From an uncultured Agathobaculum sp. (lineage in GTDB: Bacteria; Bacillota; Clostridia; Oscillospirales; Butyricicoccaceae): a stretch of DNA of 64,000 nt. This document shows, in pieces, positions 54,975-64,000 of the stretch. Numbering within the stretch: position 1 is the first letter of the stretch; each line of letters begins with the position of its first letter. The stretch lies in contig CALWJK010000002.1 in the NCBI GenBank assembly GCA_944380975.1, forward strand, positions 37,766 through 101,765, read 5' to 3'. The notes beneath the pieces were generated by a model, which was not told the origin of the DNA, did no database searches, and worked only from the letters and a program-made list of their open reading frames with translations. Position numbers and translations under genes: made by a program.

Positions 54975-56252
54975 ATGGAAAGAAGCAGATTCATCGTAAG
55001 ACAGGCCATTAAGGATGCGGATAACCACATCCTTGGGTATGAAATCAAATATTCCGGCAGCGAAGCTTATGGCGGGGAAAGCGGAAACGATATTTCGGCA
55101 GCGGAAACGATTTACAACTTTTTGATGCAAAATTCAGAAAAAGGACTTCGTGATTCCCGCAGCTTTATGACATTTACCAGCTCTCTGCTGGCCAAGCGGA
55201 CGCCACACTTGTTTAAAAGCAAGGATCTGGTGATTCAAATTGATGACAGCGTGATCATCCATCCGTTTGCGATGCATTTGGTGCAGCAATATGTCAAGGA
55301 AGGTTATGAAATCGCGGCCAATGATTTTCAGTTCATGCCGAGATATCTGGCGTTGATGGAGTACCTGGCTTATATCAAGATCGATTTGAAGGAGATGAGT
55401 CAGGCATCGGCGGAAAACATCATGCGGGTAGCGCATAGCATGCACAAAAAAGTTATTGCGACCGGCGTGGATACGCAGGAACTGCGTGATATGGCGATTA
55501 GCTTGGGCGTTTATGGCATGCAGGGTACATATGTTGCCGATCAGATGGCCAACAAAGTGCATCAGAGCACCTATCTGCGCAGCAATTTCTTCCGTCTGGT
55601 GGTTGCGGTCACAAGAGAAGAGCCGGATATCCATGAGATTGAGCAGATTGTATCGACCGATGTTACACTGTCGTACAGCCTGTTGAAAATTGCAAACTCT
55701 GCGTATTTTGCGCGCAGAACACAGACGACCTCGATTCAGCAAGCCATTGTAACGCTGGGTCTGAGCCAGCTCAAGCGTTGGGTTTATCTGTTGAGCGCAG
55801 GAGATCAGGATGAGGAGCAATTGGGCGACTCTGAAGAGTTTATCAAGATTTCCTTTATGCGCGCCAGCTTTGCAAGCGAGCTGCAGAAGTATATTAAGAA
55901 GCCCGTGCTGACACGCTCGGAGGCGTATCTGCTTGGTATGTTCTCAACCTTGGAGTATTTGATTGATGCACCGATGGAAGAGATTATCGCAGATATCCCG
56001 ATGGTGGATGAACTGAAGAACGCACTGCTTCGTCATGAGGGTCAAGGCGGTCTGCTGCTGGAGCTGGTTATCAGCTATGAAAAGGCTGACTGGAAGAACA
56101 TTACTGCGGATGCAGAAGAGCTTGGTATCCCGTCTGCGCAGCTGGCGACTATTTACTTTAACTGCATGGAAGAGGTCAACCGGATTTGGGATCAGATGCT
56201 GAATCCGTCTCCGGCGGCAAAACAAGAGGTTGCGGAGCAACCCTTGGAATAA
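54975..56252 (+). CDS. Degenerate EAL plus HDOD domain protein (likely non-catalytic c-di-GMP sensor)
   Basis: The EAL-fold order is retained but key positions are altered: YEIKY for YE(A/L)LxR, ANDFQF for DDFGTG, ATGVDTQE for EGVETxE. The HDOD-like segment is VSTDVTLSYSLLKIANSAYFARRTQTTSIQQAIVTLG. Confidence 0.7.
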   Translation: MERSRFIVRQAIKDADNHILGYEIKYSGSEAYGGESGNDISAAETIYNFLMQNSEKGLRDSRSFMTFTSSLLAKRTPHLFKSKDLVIQIDDSVIIHPFAMHLVQQYVKEGYEIAANDFQFMPRYLALMEYLAYIKIDLKEMSQASAENIMRVAHSMHKKVIATGVDTQELRDMAISLGVYGMQGTYVADQMANKVHQSTYLRSNFFRLVVAVTREEPDIHEIEQIVSTDVTLSYSLLKIANSAYFARRTQTTSIQQAIVTLGLSQLKRWVYLLSAGDQDEEQLGDSEEFIKISFMRASFASELQKYIKKPVLTRSEAYLLGMFSTLEYLIDAPMEEIIADIPMVDELKNALLRHEGQGGLLLELVISYEKADWKNITADAEELGIPSAQLATIYFNCMEEVNRIWDQMLNPSPAAKQEVAEQPLE

Positions 56253-56294
56253 CAAGTGAAAATAATCTAAATATTGCATGAAGATTGCAATGAT

Positions 56295-56336
56295 GGCGGC
56301 GGCAGGGGTGTAAAAACAGCCTTGCCGCCGCCTTTT
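56295..56336 (+). terminator. Terminator-like hairpin after EAL-HDOD gene
   Basis: Stem GGCGGCGGCA.../...TGCCGCCGCC (10 bp or more), then TTTT. Confidence 0.55.
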
Positions 56337-56376
56337 CAATCCATCCTGAGCATTTACGGAACAAAGGAAGAACACA

Positions 56377-57624
56377 ATGATTCAATTATCCAATGAAAGT
56401 TTGTATGAAATAATCACGCGCTCCCTCAATCGTATGAACGATTTGTTGGTGGGACATGGCGAACGCGTCGCATATGGTGTAATGTGCTTTCTGGAACAGG
56501 ATGGACGTTTTTCTGAAAATGAAATTGGGCAAATCGTTTGGACCGTACTGTTCCACGATATTGGGAGCTTTCGGAAAACCGATACATGGAATGTGGTGCA
56601 GCTGGATACCGAAGAGAATTGCCCCCATGCGATCTATGGTTTTCTGTTTCTGAAAACATTTTTCCCATTTTCGCAATATGCGCCAATCGTTCGTTATCAT
56701 CATGCGAGCGATGCAGAGATCGCCAATTCTGGCGTAGACGAAAAGCTGGAATGGGTGATGAAATGCTTGCGCATCGTGGATGAGACTGATCTGGTCTTTA
56801 TCAAGCATGGGCGGAAAGATATGGACGCTGTCAGATATTTTTTCCGAGAGCGGTCTAAAAAGATTTTTGCTGAAGAAGAGCCGGTGCAGGTCGAAGGGTT
56901 TTCTGCCATGCAGGATATGGATGCCATTCATAGCTTGCTGCTCAAGCGCATGCGGAAAATGACACTAAGCAGTGCAGAAAAGGAGGCGCTATTGCGCACG
57001 CTGGTCTGTTCTATGGACTTCCGAAGCCACTATACTGCGTTGCATTGCTCTATGATGGTTCGAGCCAGCGATATGCTTGCGGACTACTTTGATCTGGATG
57101 AAGACGTCAAAAACGCCGTTCATGTTGGGGCGATTCTACATGATTTGGGGAAAATCGCAATACCGGTCGAGATTTTGGAGTGCCCTGGAAAGCTAGACGG
57201 CCGTGCGTGGGAAATTATGAAATCCCATGTTATGATTACGGAGGATATTCTCAAAGGGTATGTCAGCGATGAAATTTTGCAAATCGCCATTCGGCATCAT
57301 GAGACACTGGACGGATCGGGATATCCGCGCGGTATCGGTGCAAAGGATTTGACATTGCCGCAATGTATCGTAGCGGTAAGTGATATTGTCAGCGCGTTAT
57401 CAGAGGAAAGAAGCTATAAACAGGCGTTTCCCTTGCATGAAGTGATGAGTATTTTGAATCAAATGTGTGATGCAGGTAAAATTTGTCCTAGGGTGATCAA
57501 AATGCTGGAGGATCATTGTGAAGATATTTACCATGCTGTATTAGAAGAGGGACTGCACACGGCGGAGGCATTTGAGCATATCTATGCAGAGTACTATGGA
57601 CTAACACAACCCAGCGTGGAATAA
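56377..57624 (+). CDS. Tandem HD-domain protein: GYP-less N-terminal HD domain plus canonical C-terminal HD-GYP phosphodiesterase domain
   Basis: N-terminal domain: HGERVAY...LFHDIGSF...RYHHAS. C-terminal domain: ILHDLGKIAIP...MKSHV...IRHHETLDGSGYPRG. Confidence 0.85.
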   Translation: MIQLSNESLYEIITRSLNRMNDLLVGHGERVAYGVMCFLEQDGRFSENEIGQIVWTVLFHDIGSFRKTDTWNVVQLDTEENCPHAIYGFLFLKTFFPFSQYAPIVRYHHASDAEIANSGVDEKLEWVMKCLRIVDETDLVFIKHGRKDMDAVRYFFRERSKKIFAEEEPVQVEGFSAMQDMDAIHSLLLKRMRKMTLSSAEKEALLRTLVCSMDFRSHYTALHCSMMVRASDMLADYFDLDEDVKNAVHVGAILHDLGKIAIPVEILECPGKLDGRAWEIMKSHVMITEDILKGYVSDEILQIAIRHHETLDGSGYPRGIGAKDLTLPQCIVAVSDIVSALSEERSYKQAFPLHEVMSILNQMCDAGKICPRVIKMLEDHCEDIYHAVLEEGLHTAEAFEHIYAEYYGLTQPSVE

Positions 57625-57626
57625 TT

Positions 57627-57665
57627 TTTGAAAAGGGAGACAAAATTTTCAATCCATGGTATAAT
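57627..57665 (+). promoter_or_regulatory. Candidate extended -10 promoter for the GGDEF-EAL gene
   Basis: TGgTATAAT (57657-57665). Confidence 0.45.
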
Positions 57666-57718
57666 GAGGACATAATAGGGTCAGGTGAAATAGATCGAGG
57701 GAAAAGAGGGAGAGGAAG

Positions 57719-60700
57719 TTGCGCGTGGAATTTCCATGGGAGTTCTTTGAAGAACTGGGAGATATGGTCTATGTTTCCGATGTGGAAACCAATACATTGG
57801 TGTATATGAATGCATACCTGCGCAATGCATTGGGATATCATTCCCACGAGGAATATGTGGGAAAGAAATGTTATTGTGTCCTGCAAGGAAATGATTCGCC
57901 GTGCCGTTTTTGCAATAATGGCAGGCTTGAACCGGGAAAGTTCATCACATGGACTTATAAAAATCCCATTATGGAAAGACGCTTCTTGGTAAAAGATAGT
58001 TTGTTCCATTATAATGGGAAAAAATATCGGATTGAAATCGCCTTAGATATGGATTCGGAGGAGCTGGGGCAGGCGAAACTGTTGCCCCCGCGTACAGCTG
58101 AAATCCTTAACGGCTGTTTGCAGTGTGCGTTTGAAACAACCAGTCCGGATACGGCTTTAAACAACATTTTAGCCTACATTGGCGAGAATCTGCTTTGTGA
58201 TCGGGTCTATATTTTCGAGTGGAACCATTCGGACCGAATGCGCAATACATATGAATGGTGTGCAGAAGGTGTGGCACCACAAAAACAGATTTTGCAGAAT
58301 GAGTCTGTGGATAGCATCCAATGTCTTTTCCCGATATTAGAGGAGAAAAAAGTAATCGTTATTGATGATATCGAGACGATTGCAAAGCAATATCCCGCGG
58401 CATATGTGTTTTTTAAATCTTTGGATATTTCTTCGTTTGCGGCAGGGCCGATGAAGAACGATGGTGAAATTGTGGGCTTCGTCGGTGTGGACGAGCCGGC
58501 CCCGCGCATGTTGCCTCTGATTATGCCGATATTGGAAGTCATTGGTTACTTTGTGGTTTCACTGCTGAAGAAACGTGAAATGATTCATCATTTGCAGGAG
58601 ATCGGATTTCACGATCCCTTAACAGGCGCATATAACCGAAATGCTCTCATAGAGTTCGCGGAAAAGGGTTCCATGTCCTCCGCTGGTGTGATTTATTGCG
58701 ACATTACGGGATTGAAAAAGATAAACGATGTGTTTGGACATGTGCAGGGCGATCAGATGATCCGACACTGCTATGATCTGATCCATGGTGCATTAGACAC
58801 AAATTTGATCTATCGAACCGGCGGAGACGAGTTTGTAGTGTTGTGTCCGCAGTACAGCCAAGAGAACTTTAACGAAAAAGTGCGGCAGCTCAAGCGCCTG
58901 ATTCGGAAAGATGAGTACCATATTGCCATTGGTTATGCATGGTCTGATCAGCAGCCGCTACAATTGGAGGCAATGATCGATCAGGCGGACTGCATGATGT
59001 ATGCAGATAAGCGGAATTATTATACATGGCAGGTTGCGGCGCATGACGACTACCATACCTATGGGTTCGCGAGAGAGGTGGATCGGTGCGGACAGTCAAA
59101 AACACAGTTTTGTAGATTTTTGGAAAATACCTACAACGACATGGAACTGGTGTTTGAATCCATCGCGCAGCAAAATTCGTCAAGCTATTTTTATTTTGGC
59201 GATATGCAGAAGGATCTGTTCTACATTTCGGATAACATGCGGGAAGATTTTGGCTTTGAAAACAATGTTGTCTCCGGTTTGTTCCGCTTGTGGTCGCAGC
59301 GAATCAGTACACCGGAATTTCAGGATATTTTCTGGCAGGATGTTTCCGCGATGCTGCGCGAAAAACGCAGTTCACACGATTTGCGCTATCAGGTGCGCGA
59401 TGTTCATGGCAATATCAAATGGGTGCATTGCTATGGCATTATGAAATGGAGCGAGGATAAGAGCACACCTCTGTTCTTCTCTGGACGTGTTTCGCATCAG
59501 GATACGGATTTTGTCGTTGACCCCATTACGAATTTCCCACGAGAGACCTCTGCGTTCAATCAATTGGATGAATTGCGCAGAAATGGGCAAAAAACACAGA
59601 TCATTGGCTTTAGCCTCAACAGCATCACGGAGATCAACAGCACAAAAGGGCGCGCATATGCGGATCGTCTGATCCATAATATCGCTAATAAGCTGACCGA
59701 AGCGCTGTCATGGAAGATGACTTTCCATCGGTTAGAGGGGATGCGCTGCATGGCGGTGGTCAATCCGATGTGCGTGGAACCGAATGCAGACGCGGTCGCA
59801 CAGATTCGTGAGATCATAGAGGAGTGCTATGACTCCATGGGTATTGCGATCCATCATGTGTGCTCGTTCGCGGTGATGGAATATCCCTTTGAAGATTTGA
59901 CATCAGAGGATATGGTGGAGAATCTGGTGGCGCTCATTCGGATTGCTAAGCAGGAGACCGATCAGCCATATATGGAATACTCTGCGGAAAGCATCAAACG
60001 AATTCAGCAAATGTCGAATATGGCGTTGGCGCTTGAGCAGGATGTCCTGAATGATATGAAGAATTTCCGTGTTGTGGTGCAGCCAGTGGTATCCGCAAAG
60101 GATGGAACAGTGATTGGCGGAGAGACGTTGCTGCGCTGGAACTTCAAAGGAAAGGATGTTTCACCTGCTGTATTTATTCCAATTTTGGAAAGAGATAGCA
60201 TGATCCATATTGCAGGACGATGGGTCTTTGAGCAGGCTGCTCGAAATTGCATGCAGATGATTACGTATATCCCGGGGTTCTATCTGACCTTCAATGTCAG
60301 CTTGAACCAGCTTTCCGACACAGAACTAATCAGCTTTATGCAGGAAACCTTGCAGAAGTATCAGTTGGACGGCTCTCATTTGGTGGCGGAGCTGACCGAA
60401 AGCTGTCTGGATGAGCAGCCGGAAATGTTGGAGCATTTTGTGGATGCTTGCAGCAAGATGGGGATGCGGATTGCACTAGACGATTTCGGCAGCGGTTATT
60501 CCTCGCTACGGATGCTGCTGCAATATCCGTCCAGTATCATCAAGCTGGACCGTTCTTTGCTGCATGAAATCACGGAATCCGATCAGAAGATGCATTTTAT
60601 TCGCAGTATTGTTTATGCATGCCATCAGTTCGGTAAAAAAGTATGCTGTGAAGGCGTTGAACGTACCGATCAGAATACCATTATCCGCGATACGGGCTGC

Positions 60701-60781
60701 GACATGATCCAAGGCTATTATTATTATCGGCCGATGGAATTATCGGCGGTATATAGCTTACTCAGCGAGAAAGCAAATTGA
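57719..60781 (+). CDS. Multidomain c-di-GMP enzyme: Cys-rich PAS, GAF, GGDEF, PAS, degenerate GGDEF, EAL
   Basis: Intact YRTGGDEFVV. The second cyclase-like domain has HRLEGMRCMAV in place of GGDEF. EAL motifs: GGETLLRW, LDDFGSGYSSL, KLDRSL, CCEGVERTDQ and QGYYYYRP. CxCx8CxxC lies at residues 51-65. Confidence 0.88.
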   Translation: MRVEFPWEFFEELGDMVYVSDVETNTLVYMNAYLRNALGYHSHEEYVGKKCYCVLQGNDSPCRFCNNGRLEPGKFITWTYKNPIMERRFLVKDSLFHYNGKKYRIEIALDMDSEELGQAKLLPPRTAEILNGCLQCAFETTSPDTALNNILAYIGENLLCDRVYIFEWNHSDRMRNTYEWCAEGVAPQKQILQNESVDSIQCLFPILEEKKVIVIDDIETIAKQYPAAYVFFKSLDISSFAAGPMKNDGEIVGFVGVDEPAPRMLPLIMPILEVIGYFVVSLLKKREMIHHLQEIGFHDPLTGAYNRNALIEFAEKGSMSSAGVIYCDITGLKKINDVFGHVQGDQMIRHCYDLIHGALDTNLIYRTGGDEFVVLCPQYSQENFNEKVRQLKRLIRKDEYHIAIGYAWSDQQPLQLEAMIDQADCMMYADKRNYYTWQVAAHDDYHTYGFAREVDRCGQSKTQFCRFLENTYNDMELVFESIAQQNSSSYFYFGDMQKDLFYISDNMREDFGFENNVVSGLFRLWSQRISTPEFQDIFWQDVSAMLREKRSSHDLRYQVRDVHGNIKWVHCYGIMKWSEDKSTPLFFSGRVSHQDTDFVVDPITNFPRETSAFNQLDELRRNGQKTQIIGFSLNSITEINSTKGRAYADRLIHNIANKLTEALSWKMTFHRLEGMRCMAVVNPMCVEPNADAVAQIREIIEECYDSMGIAIHHVCSFAVMEYPFEDLTSEDMVENLVALIRIAKQETDQPYMEYSAESIKRIQQMSNMALALEQDVLNDMKNFRVVVQPVVSAKDGTVIGGETLLRWNFKGKDVSPAVFIPILERDSMIHIAGRWVFEQAARNCMQMITYIPGFYLTFNVSLNQLSDTELISFMQETLQKYQLDGSHLVAELTESCLDEQPEMLEHFVDACSKMGMRIALDDFGSGYSSLRMLLQYPSSIIKLDRSLLHEITESDQKMHFIRSIVYACHQFGKKVCCEGVERTDQNTIIRDTGCDMIQGYYYYRPMELSAVYSLLSEKAN

Positions 60782-60794
60782 AGATCATAGGTAT

Positions 60795-60829
60795 AAAAAA
60801 CCGACTGCTAATTGTGCAGTCGGTTTTTT
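60795..60829. terminator. Bidirectional terminator
   Basis: 14-bp stem AAAAAACCGACTGC / GCAGTCGGTTTTTT with loop TAATTGT. Confidence 0.85.
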
Positions 60830-60859
60830 ATGTTTTAACAGGTATGGATATGGGACTAA

Positions 60860-61546
60860 TCATTCCTCAGATGCCGTATGGCGCAAATCCCAATCAATCG
60901 GAGGAATACCGTTTTGTTCCAGAAAGGCGTTACATTTGGAGAAGTGACGGCAGCCGAAAAAGCCGTTGTAGGCAGAGAGGGGAGAGGGGTGTGCGCATTC
61001 CAGCACAAGGTGCTGCGGTGCAGTGATAAGTTTCTTTTTGGATCGCGCGTTGCCGCCCCAGAGTAGGAATACAATCGGCTTTTCGCGTTCATTCAGTTTC
61101 TCAATGACGTGATCGGTGAAAGTAGTCCAGCCGATATTTTTGTGGCTATTGGCCTGTCCGCGCCGCACCGTTAGCGTCGTGTTGAGCAGCAGTACGCCGT
61201 GCTTGGCCCAAGGGGTGAGCGTACCGTTTTGCGGTGGGTCAATGCCAAGATCACTTTTCAGTTCTTTGAATATATTTTGCAGGCTGGGGGGCGGCGTAAC
61301 GCCCGGCTGCACAGAGAAGCACAAGCCGTGCGCCTGTCCGGGGCCGTGATACGGGTCCTGACCGAGTAAAACGGCTTTCACATCCGCATAAGCGGTATAG
61401 CGCAGTGCATTGAAAATGTCATTCATAGGAGGGTAAATGGTTTGCTCTGCATATTCTTTTTTCAGCCAATAGCGGATGCGTTTGTAATATTCCTGCTGAA
61501 ACTCATCCGCCAGAATTTCGTCCCAGTCATTTCCTAAATGTACCAT
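60860..61546 (-). CDS. ung: Uracil-DNA glycosylase
   Basis: VLLGQDPYHGPGQAHGLCFSV, LLLNTTLTV and HPSPLS motifs. Confidence 0.95.
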   Translation of the reverse strand: MVHLGNDWDEILADEFQQEYYKRIRYWLKKEYAEQTIYPPMNDIFNALRYTAYADVKAVLLGQDPYHGPGQAHGLCFSVQPGVTPPPSLQNIFKELKSDLGIDPPQNGTLTPWAKHGVLLLNTTLTVRRGQANSHKNIGWTTFTDHVIEKLNEREKPIVFLLWGGNARSKKKLITAPQHLVLECAHPSPLSAYNGFFGCRHFSKCNAFLEQNGIPPIDWDLRHTASEE

Positions 61547-61689
61547 AACAGCCTCCTAAACAAGTTTGCACTCATTATACCATAAGCATGACCAAAAAGC
61601 CATTGACAGAATGTGTGGATTTGATTATACTATAACTGTACTAAGACACACAATGCAGTTAGAACACATGTGGGAAAGGAGGCGCGGAT

Positions 61690-62061
61690 GTGATCAAGAT
61701 TGACTATCGGGATGCGCGACCAATCTATGAACAAATCGTCGATGGCGTGGAAACACTTGCATTGCGTGGCGCACTGCAATCCGGCAGCCAGCTGCCCAGT
61801 GTCAGACAGTTGGCAATGGAGCTTTCCATCAATCCGAACACCATTCAGCGTGCATATGCGGAATTGGAGCGGCGCGGTGTGATCTACGCGGCCAAGGGGC
61901 GCGGAAACTTTATTTCAGATGATACAGCGACGTTGTGTAAGCGACGCTTGGATGAAATCGGCGCACAGGTACATGCGCTGGCAGATCAGGCACGTTCGCT
62001 TGGCGCTAAGGAAGAGCAGATACGCGAATGGGTGGAGCAGAAAGGAGATGGAACGGAATGA
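61690..62061 (+). CDS. GntR-family (YtrA-like) transcriptional regulator
   Basis: 123 aa. Winged-helix segment LPSVRQLAMELSINPNTIQRAYAELERRGVIY. GTG start 8 nt after AAGGAGG. Confidence 0.88.
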   Translation: MIKIDYRDARPIYEQIVDGVETLALRGALQSGSQLPSVRQLAMELSINPNTIQRAYAELERRGVIYAAKGRGNFISDDTATLCKRRLDEIGAQVHALADQARSLGAKEEQIREWVEQKGDGTE

Positions 62062-62957
62062 TTACAGCGGAAAATGCAACCAAACGATTTGATACCATTA
62101 CTGCGGTCGATCATATATGTGCAGAGGTGCGTGATGGTTCGGTTTATGGGCTGATTGGATCAAATGGTGCTGGCAAATCGACGTTTTTGCGTATGCTGGC
62201 GGGCATTCTGCAGCCGGACGAGGGTACGGTGCGCATTGACGGTACAGATATTTTTGAAAACACGGCTCTGAAAGAGCGATTTTTCTTCATTTCGGATGAG
62301 CAGTTCTTTTTCTCCAACTGCACGCCTGCGGAAATGAAGGATTATTACAAGCGCTTTTACCGTCATTTTAATGAGGAGCGCTACCGTAAGCTGATGCAGG
62401 GATTTGGGCTGGACGAAAAACGTAAAATCCGTACCTTTTCCAAGGGAATGAAAAAGCAGGTATCGGTGATTTGCGGCATTTGTGCGGGCACGGATTATCT
62501 GTTCTGTGATGAAACATTTGACGGACTGGATCCGGTTGTGCGCCAGACAGTCAAGAGCTTGTTTGCCGAGGATGTGGAAAGCCGCGGTCTGACGCCGGTC
62601 ATCGCGTCGCACAACCTGCGTGAGCTGGAGGACATTTGCGACCACGTTGGTTTGCTGCATCGCGGAGGTATCCTGTTCTCACGCGATTTGGATGAGATGA
62701 AGCTGGATATGTTCAAGATGCAGTGTATTTTTACGGGTGCGCTGCCTGCCGATGCATGGCAGGGTATCGATGTACTGCGACTCGAGCAGCGCGGCTCGCT
62801 GTATACGCTTACGGCGCGCGGCAGTCGAGAGGAACTGCTGGCAAAGGTAAACGCCATGAATCCCAGCTTCTGTGAGCTGCTCCCGCTGACGCTGGAGGAA
62901 ATATTTATCAACGAAACGGAGGTGGCCGGCTATGACATCAAAAAGCTTCTCTTCTAA
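62058..62957 (+). CDS. ABC transporter ATP-binding protein
   Basis: Walker A GSNGAGKST, signature FSKGMKKQV, Walker B YLFCDETFDGLD. ATG 62058 overlaps the regulator stop (ATGA). Confidence 0.9.
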   Translation: MITAENATKRFDTITAVDHICAEVRDGSVYGLIGSNGAGKSTFLRMLAGILQPDEGTVRIDGTDIFENTALKERFFFISDEQFFFSNCTPAEMKDYYKRFYRHFNEERYRKLMQGFGLDEKRKIRTFSKGMKKQVSVICGICAGTDYLFCDETFDGLDPVVRQTVKSLFAEDVESRGLTPVIASHNLRELEDICDHVGLLHRGGILFSRDLDEMKLDMFKMQCIFTGALPADAWQGIDVLRLEQRGSLYTLTARGSREELLAKVNAMNPSFCELLPLTLEEIFINETEVAGYDIKKLLF

Positions 62958-64000
62958 AGGCCTGCTGGGCGATAGCCTGCGTCGGAATCTGTGGGGCTTT
63001 GTGCTGGGCGGTGTGGGGTTCTTCTTTTCTCTGCTGCTGCCGATTCTGATGACCATGCAGCGCGCGTTGGAAACCCGCGCACATCAATTGCAGCAGTACC
63101 CGGATTTAGTTGACCAAGACTGGCAGAGTGCGCTTTCGGCCGTGTCCTCCTTACTGGGGGGCGGTAACCCCTTTGTGAAAACAACATTTGTTGTGATGGC
63201 GATTGTGTGTGGTGTTGCGATGTTTGCATATCTGCATGCGCGGCAAAAGGTAGATTTTTATCACAGCCTGCCGATCTCTCGCACGCAGCTGTTTGTCAAT
63301 AACTATTTGACTGGCGTGATTTTTGCTGTGTCAACTTATGTGGTGATGCTGGCTATTGCGTTGGCTTGCACCTTTGCCATGGGCTTTGGCGCGGCAGTCG
63401 ATTGGAGTGCGATTGGCGGCGCGGTGTTGAGTCACCTGATTGTATTCCTGTTGCTGTATGCGCTGACCGTGTTGACAACGGTGGTATGCGGTAATACAGT
63501 GATCGCACTGCTGTTGCTTGCATGGGTGATGCTTTCTCCGATGCTGGTTTATATGCTGTACAGCGGTTTGTGCAATAAATTTTACCAAACCTACACGATG
63601 CAGTCGGTCAATATGAAGGCGGTATTCCACTTGTCGCCGCTGGTGCAGTTCTTTTCGCTCGATGGCTTGCACTATGAACGTGTGGAATATGTGGAGCAAA
63701 CTTCGGCTCTGGGGCTGTTATTGGTGTATTTGGTGGTGGCGGTTGCCGTCACGGTGCTGAGTTGGTATCTTTTCCGTATTCGCAAAAGCGAAAGAGCTGG
63801 TGTGGCGCTGGCGTTTATGCCTGCCAAGCTGCCGATCAAAGTATATATGTGCTTGGTCATGGGTGTGGCATTCGGTCTGGTTTTCAACATGATTGCAGGG
63901 GACTTCTGGCTCTGGGTCGGTCTTGTACTGGGCACGGTGCTGTTCCACTGGATCGTGGAAATGATCTATGCGTTTGATTTCCACGCCATTTTCGCAAAGC
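62932..64000 (+). CDS. Polytopic membrane protein, probable ABC-2-type permease partner (3' end outside window)
   Basis: Hand-translated open frame from ATG 62932 (7 nt after GGAGGTG) to the window end, with multiple hydrophobic segments. Absent from the ORF track because no stop lies in the window. Confidence 0.6.
   Translation, partial: MTSKSFSSKGLLGDSLRRNLWGFVLGGVGFFFSLLLPILMTMQRALETRAHQLQQYPDLVDQDWQSALSAVSSLLGGGNPFVKTTFVVMAIVCGVAMFAYLHARQKVDFYHSLPISRTQLFVNNYLTGVIFAVSTYVVMLAIALACTFAMGFGAAVDWSAIGGAVLSHLIVFLLLYALTVLTTVVCGNTVIALLLLAWVMLSPMLVYMLYSGLCNKFYQTYTMQSVNMKAVFHLSPLVQFFSLDGLHYERVEYVEQTSALGLLLVYLVVAVAVTVLSWYLFRIRKSERAGVALAFMPAKLPIKVYMCLVMGVAFGLVFNMIAGDFWLWVGLVLGTVLFHWIVEMIYAFDFHAIFAK

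Noticed and set aside
1-64000. Search by eye for CRISPR arrays, transposases, integrases, phage genes, toxin-antitoxin or defence systems, rRNA and tRNA.
   Set aside because: I found no direct-repeat arrays, no recombinase, transposase or nuclease signatures, and no RNA-gene-like sequences. The window is a coherent chromosomal motility region rather than a mobile or defence island.

Overview
The window is almost entirely a Gram-positive (Clostridia/Bacilli-style) motility and chemotaxis supercluster, nearly all on the + strand.

Gene order:
- cheB (3' part).
- flgM-flgN-flgK-flgL-yviE-like-fliW-csrA.
- A convergent ParA-like/ComFB-domain gene pair on the - strand.
- fliD-fliS-fliT-like, then a C39-like cysteine peptidase, an FtsX-less FtsE-like ATPase, an MCP, a hemerythrin, CheX and a CheY.
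- A 516-aa flagellin gene, followed by a tight three-gene cassette: a sulfotransferase-like protein, an APS-kinase/methyltransferase fusion and a PHP phosphatase.
- Accessory genes preceded by sigma-28-type motifs: a G5/3D cell-wall hydrolase, a YjfB-like small protein (missed by the ORF track), a dCache MCP and an SLH surface protein.
- The ~26-kb core operon flgB...flhA-fliA-flgFG-cheC-cheD-cheV, which lacks flhF/flhG.
- A c-di-GMP module: degenerate EAL-HDOD, tandem HD/HD-GYP, and PAS-GAF-GGDEF-PAS-GGDEF*-EAL.
- ung and a GntR-ABC operon.

I recognised no rRNA, tRNA, CRISPR array, transposase or integrase.

Best candidates for undescribed biology:
1. The flagellin-coupled PAPS-type (sulfation plus methylation) cassette at 18.7-22.6 kb.
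2. The orphan ParA plus disordered ComFB-domain pair, in a locus without FlhF/FlhG.
3. A DcrH-like MCP/hemerythrin pair separated by a single-base frame offset that lies next to C5/G5 homopolymers.
4. A membrane-anchored C39-like peptidase and a divergent FtsE inside the fliD operon.

All functional calls rest on motifs I could read in the translations and on synteny. No database search was run.
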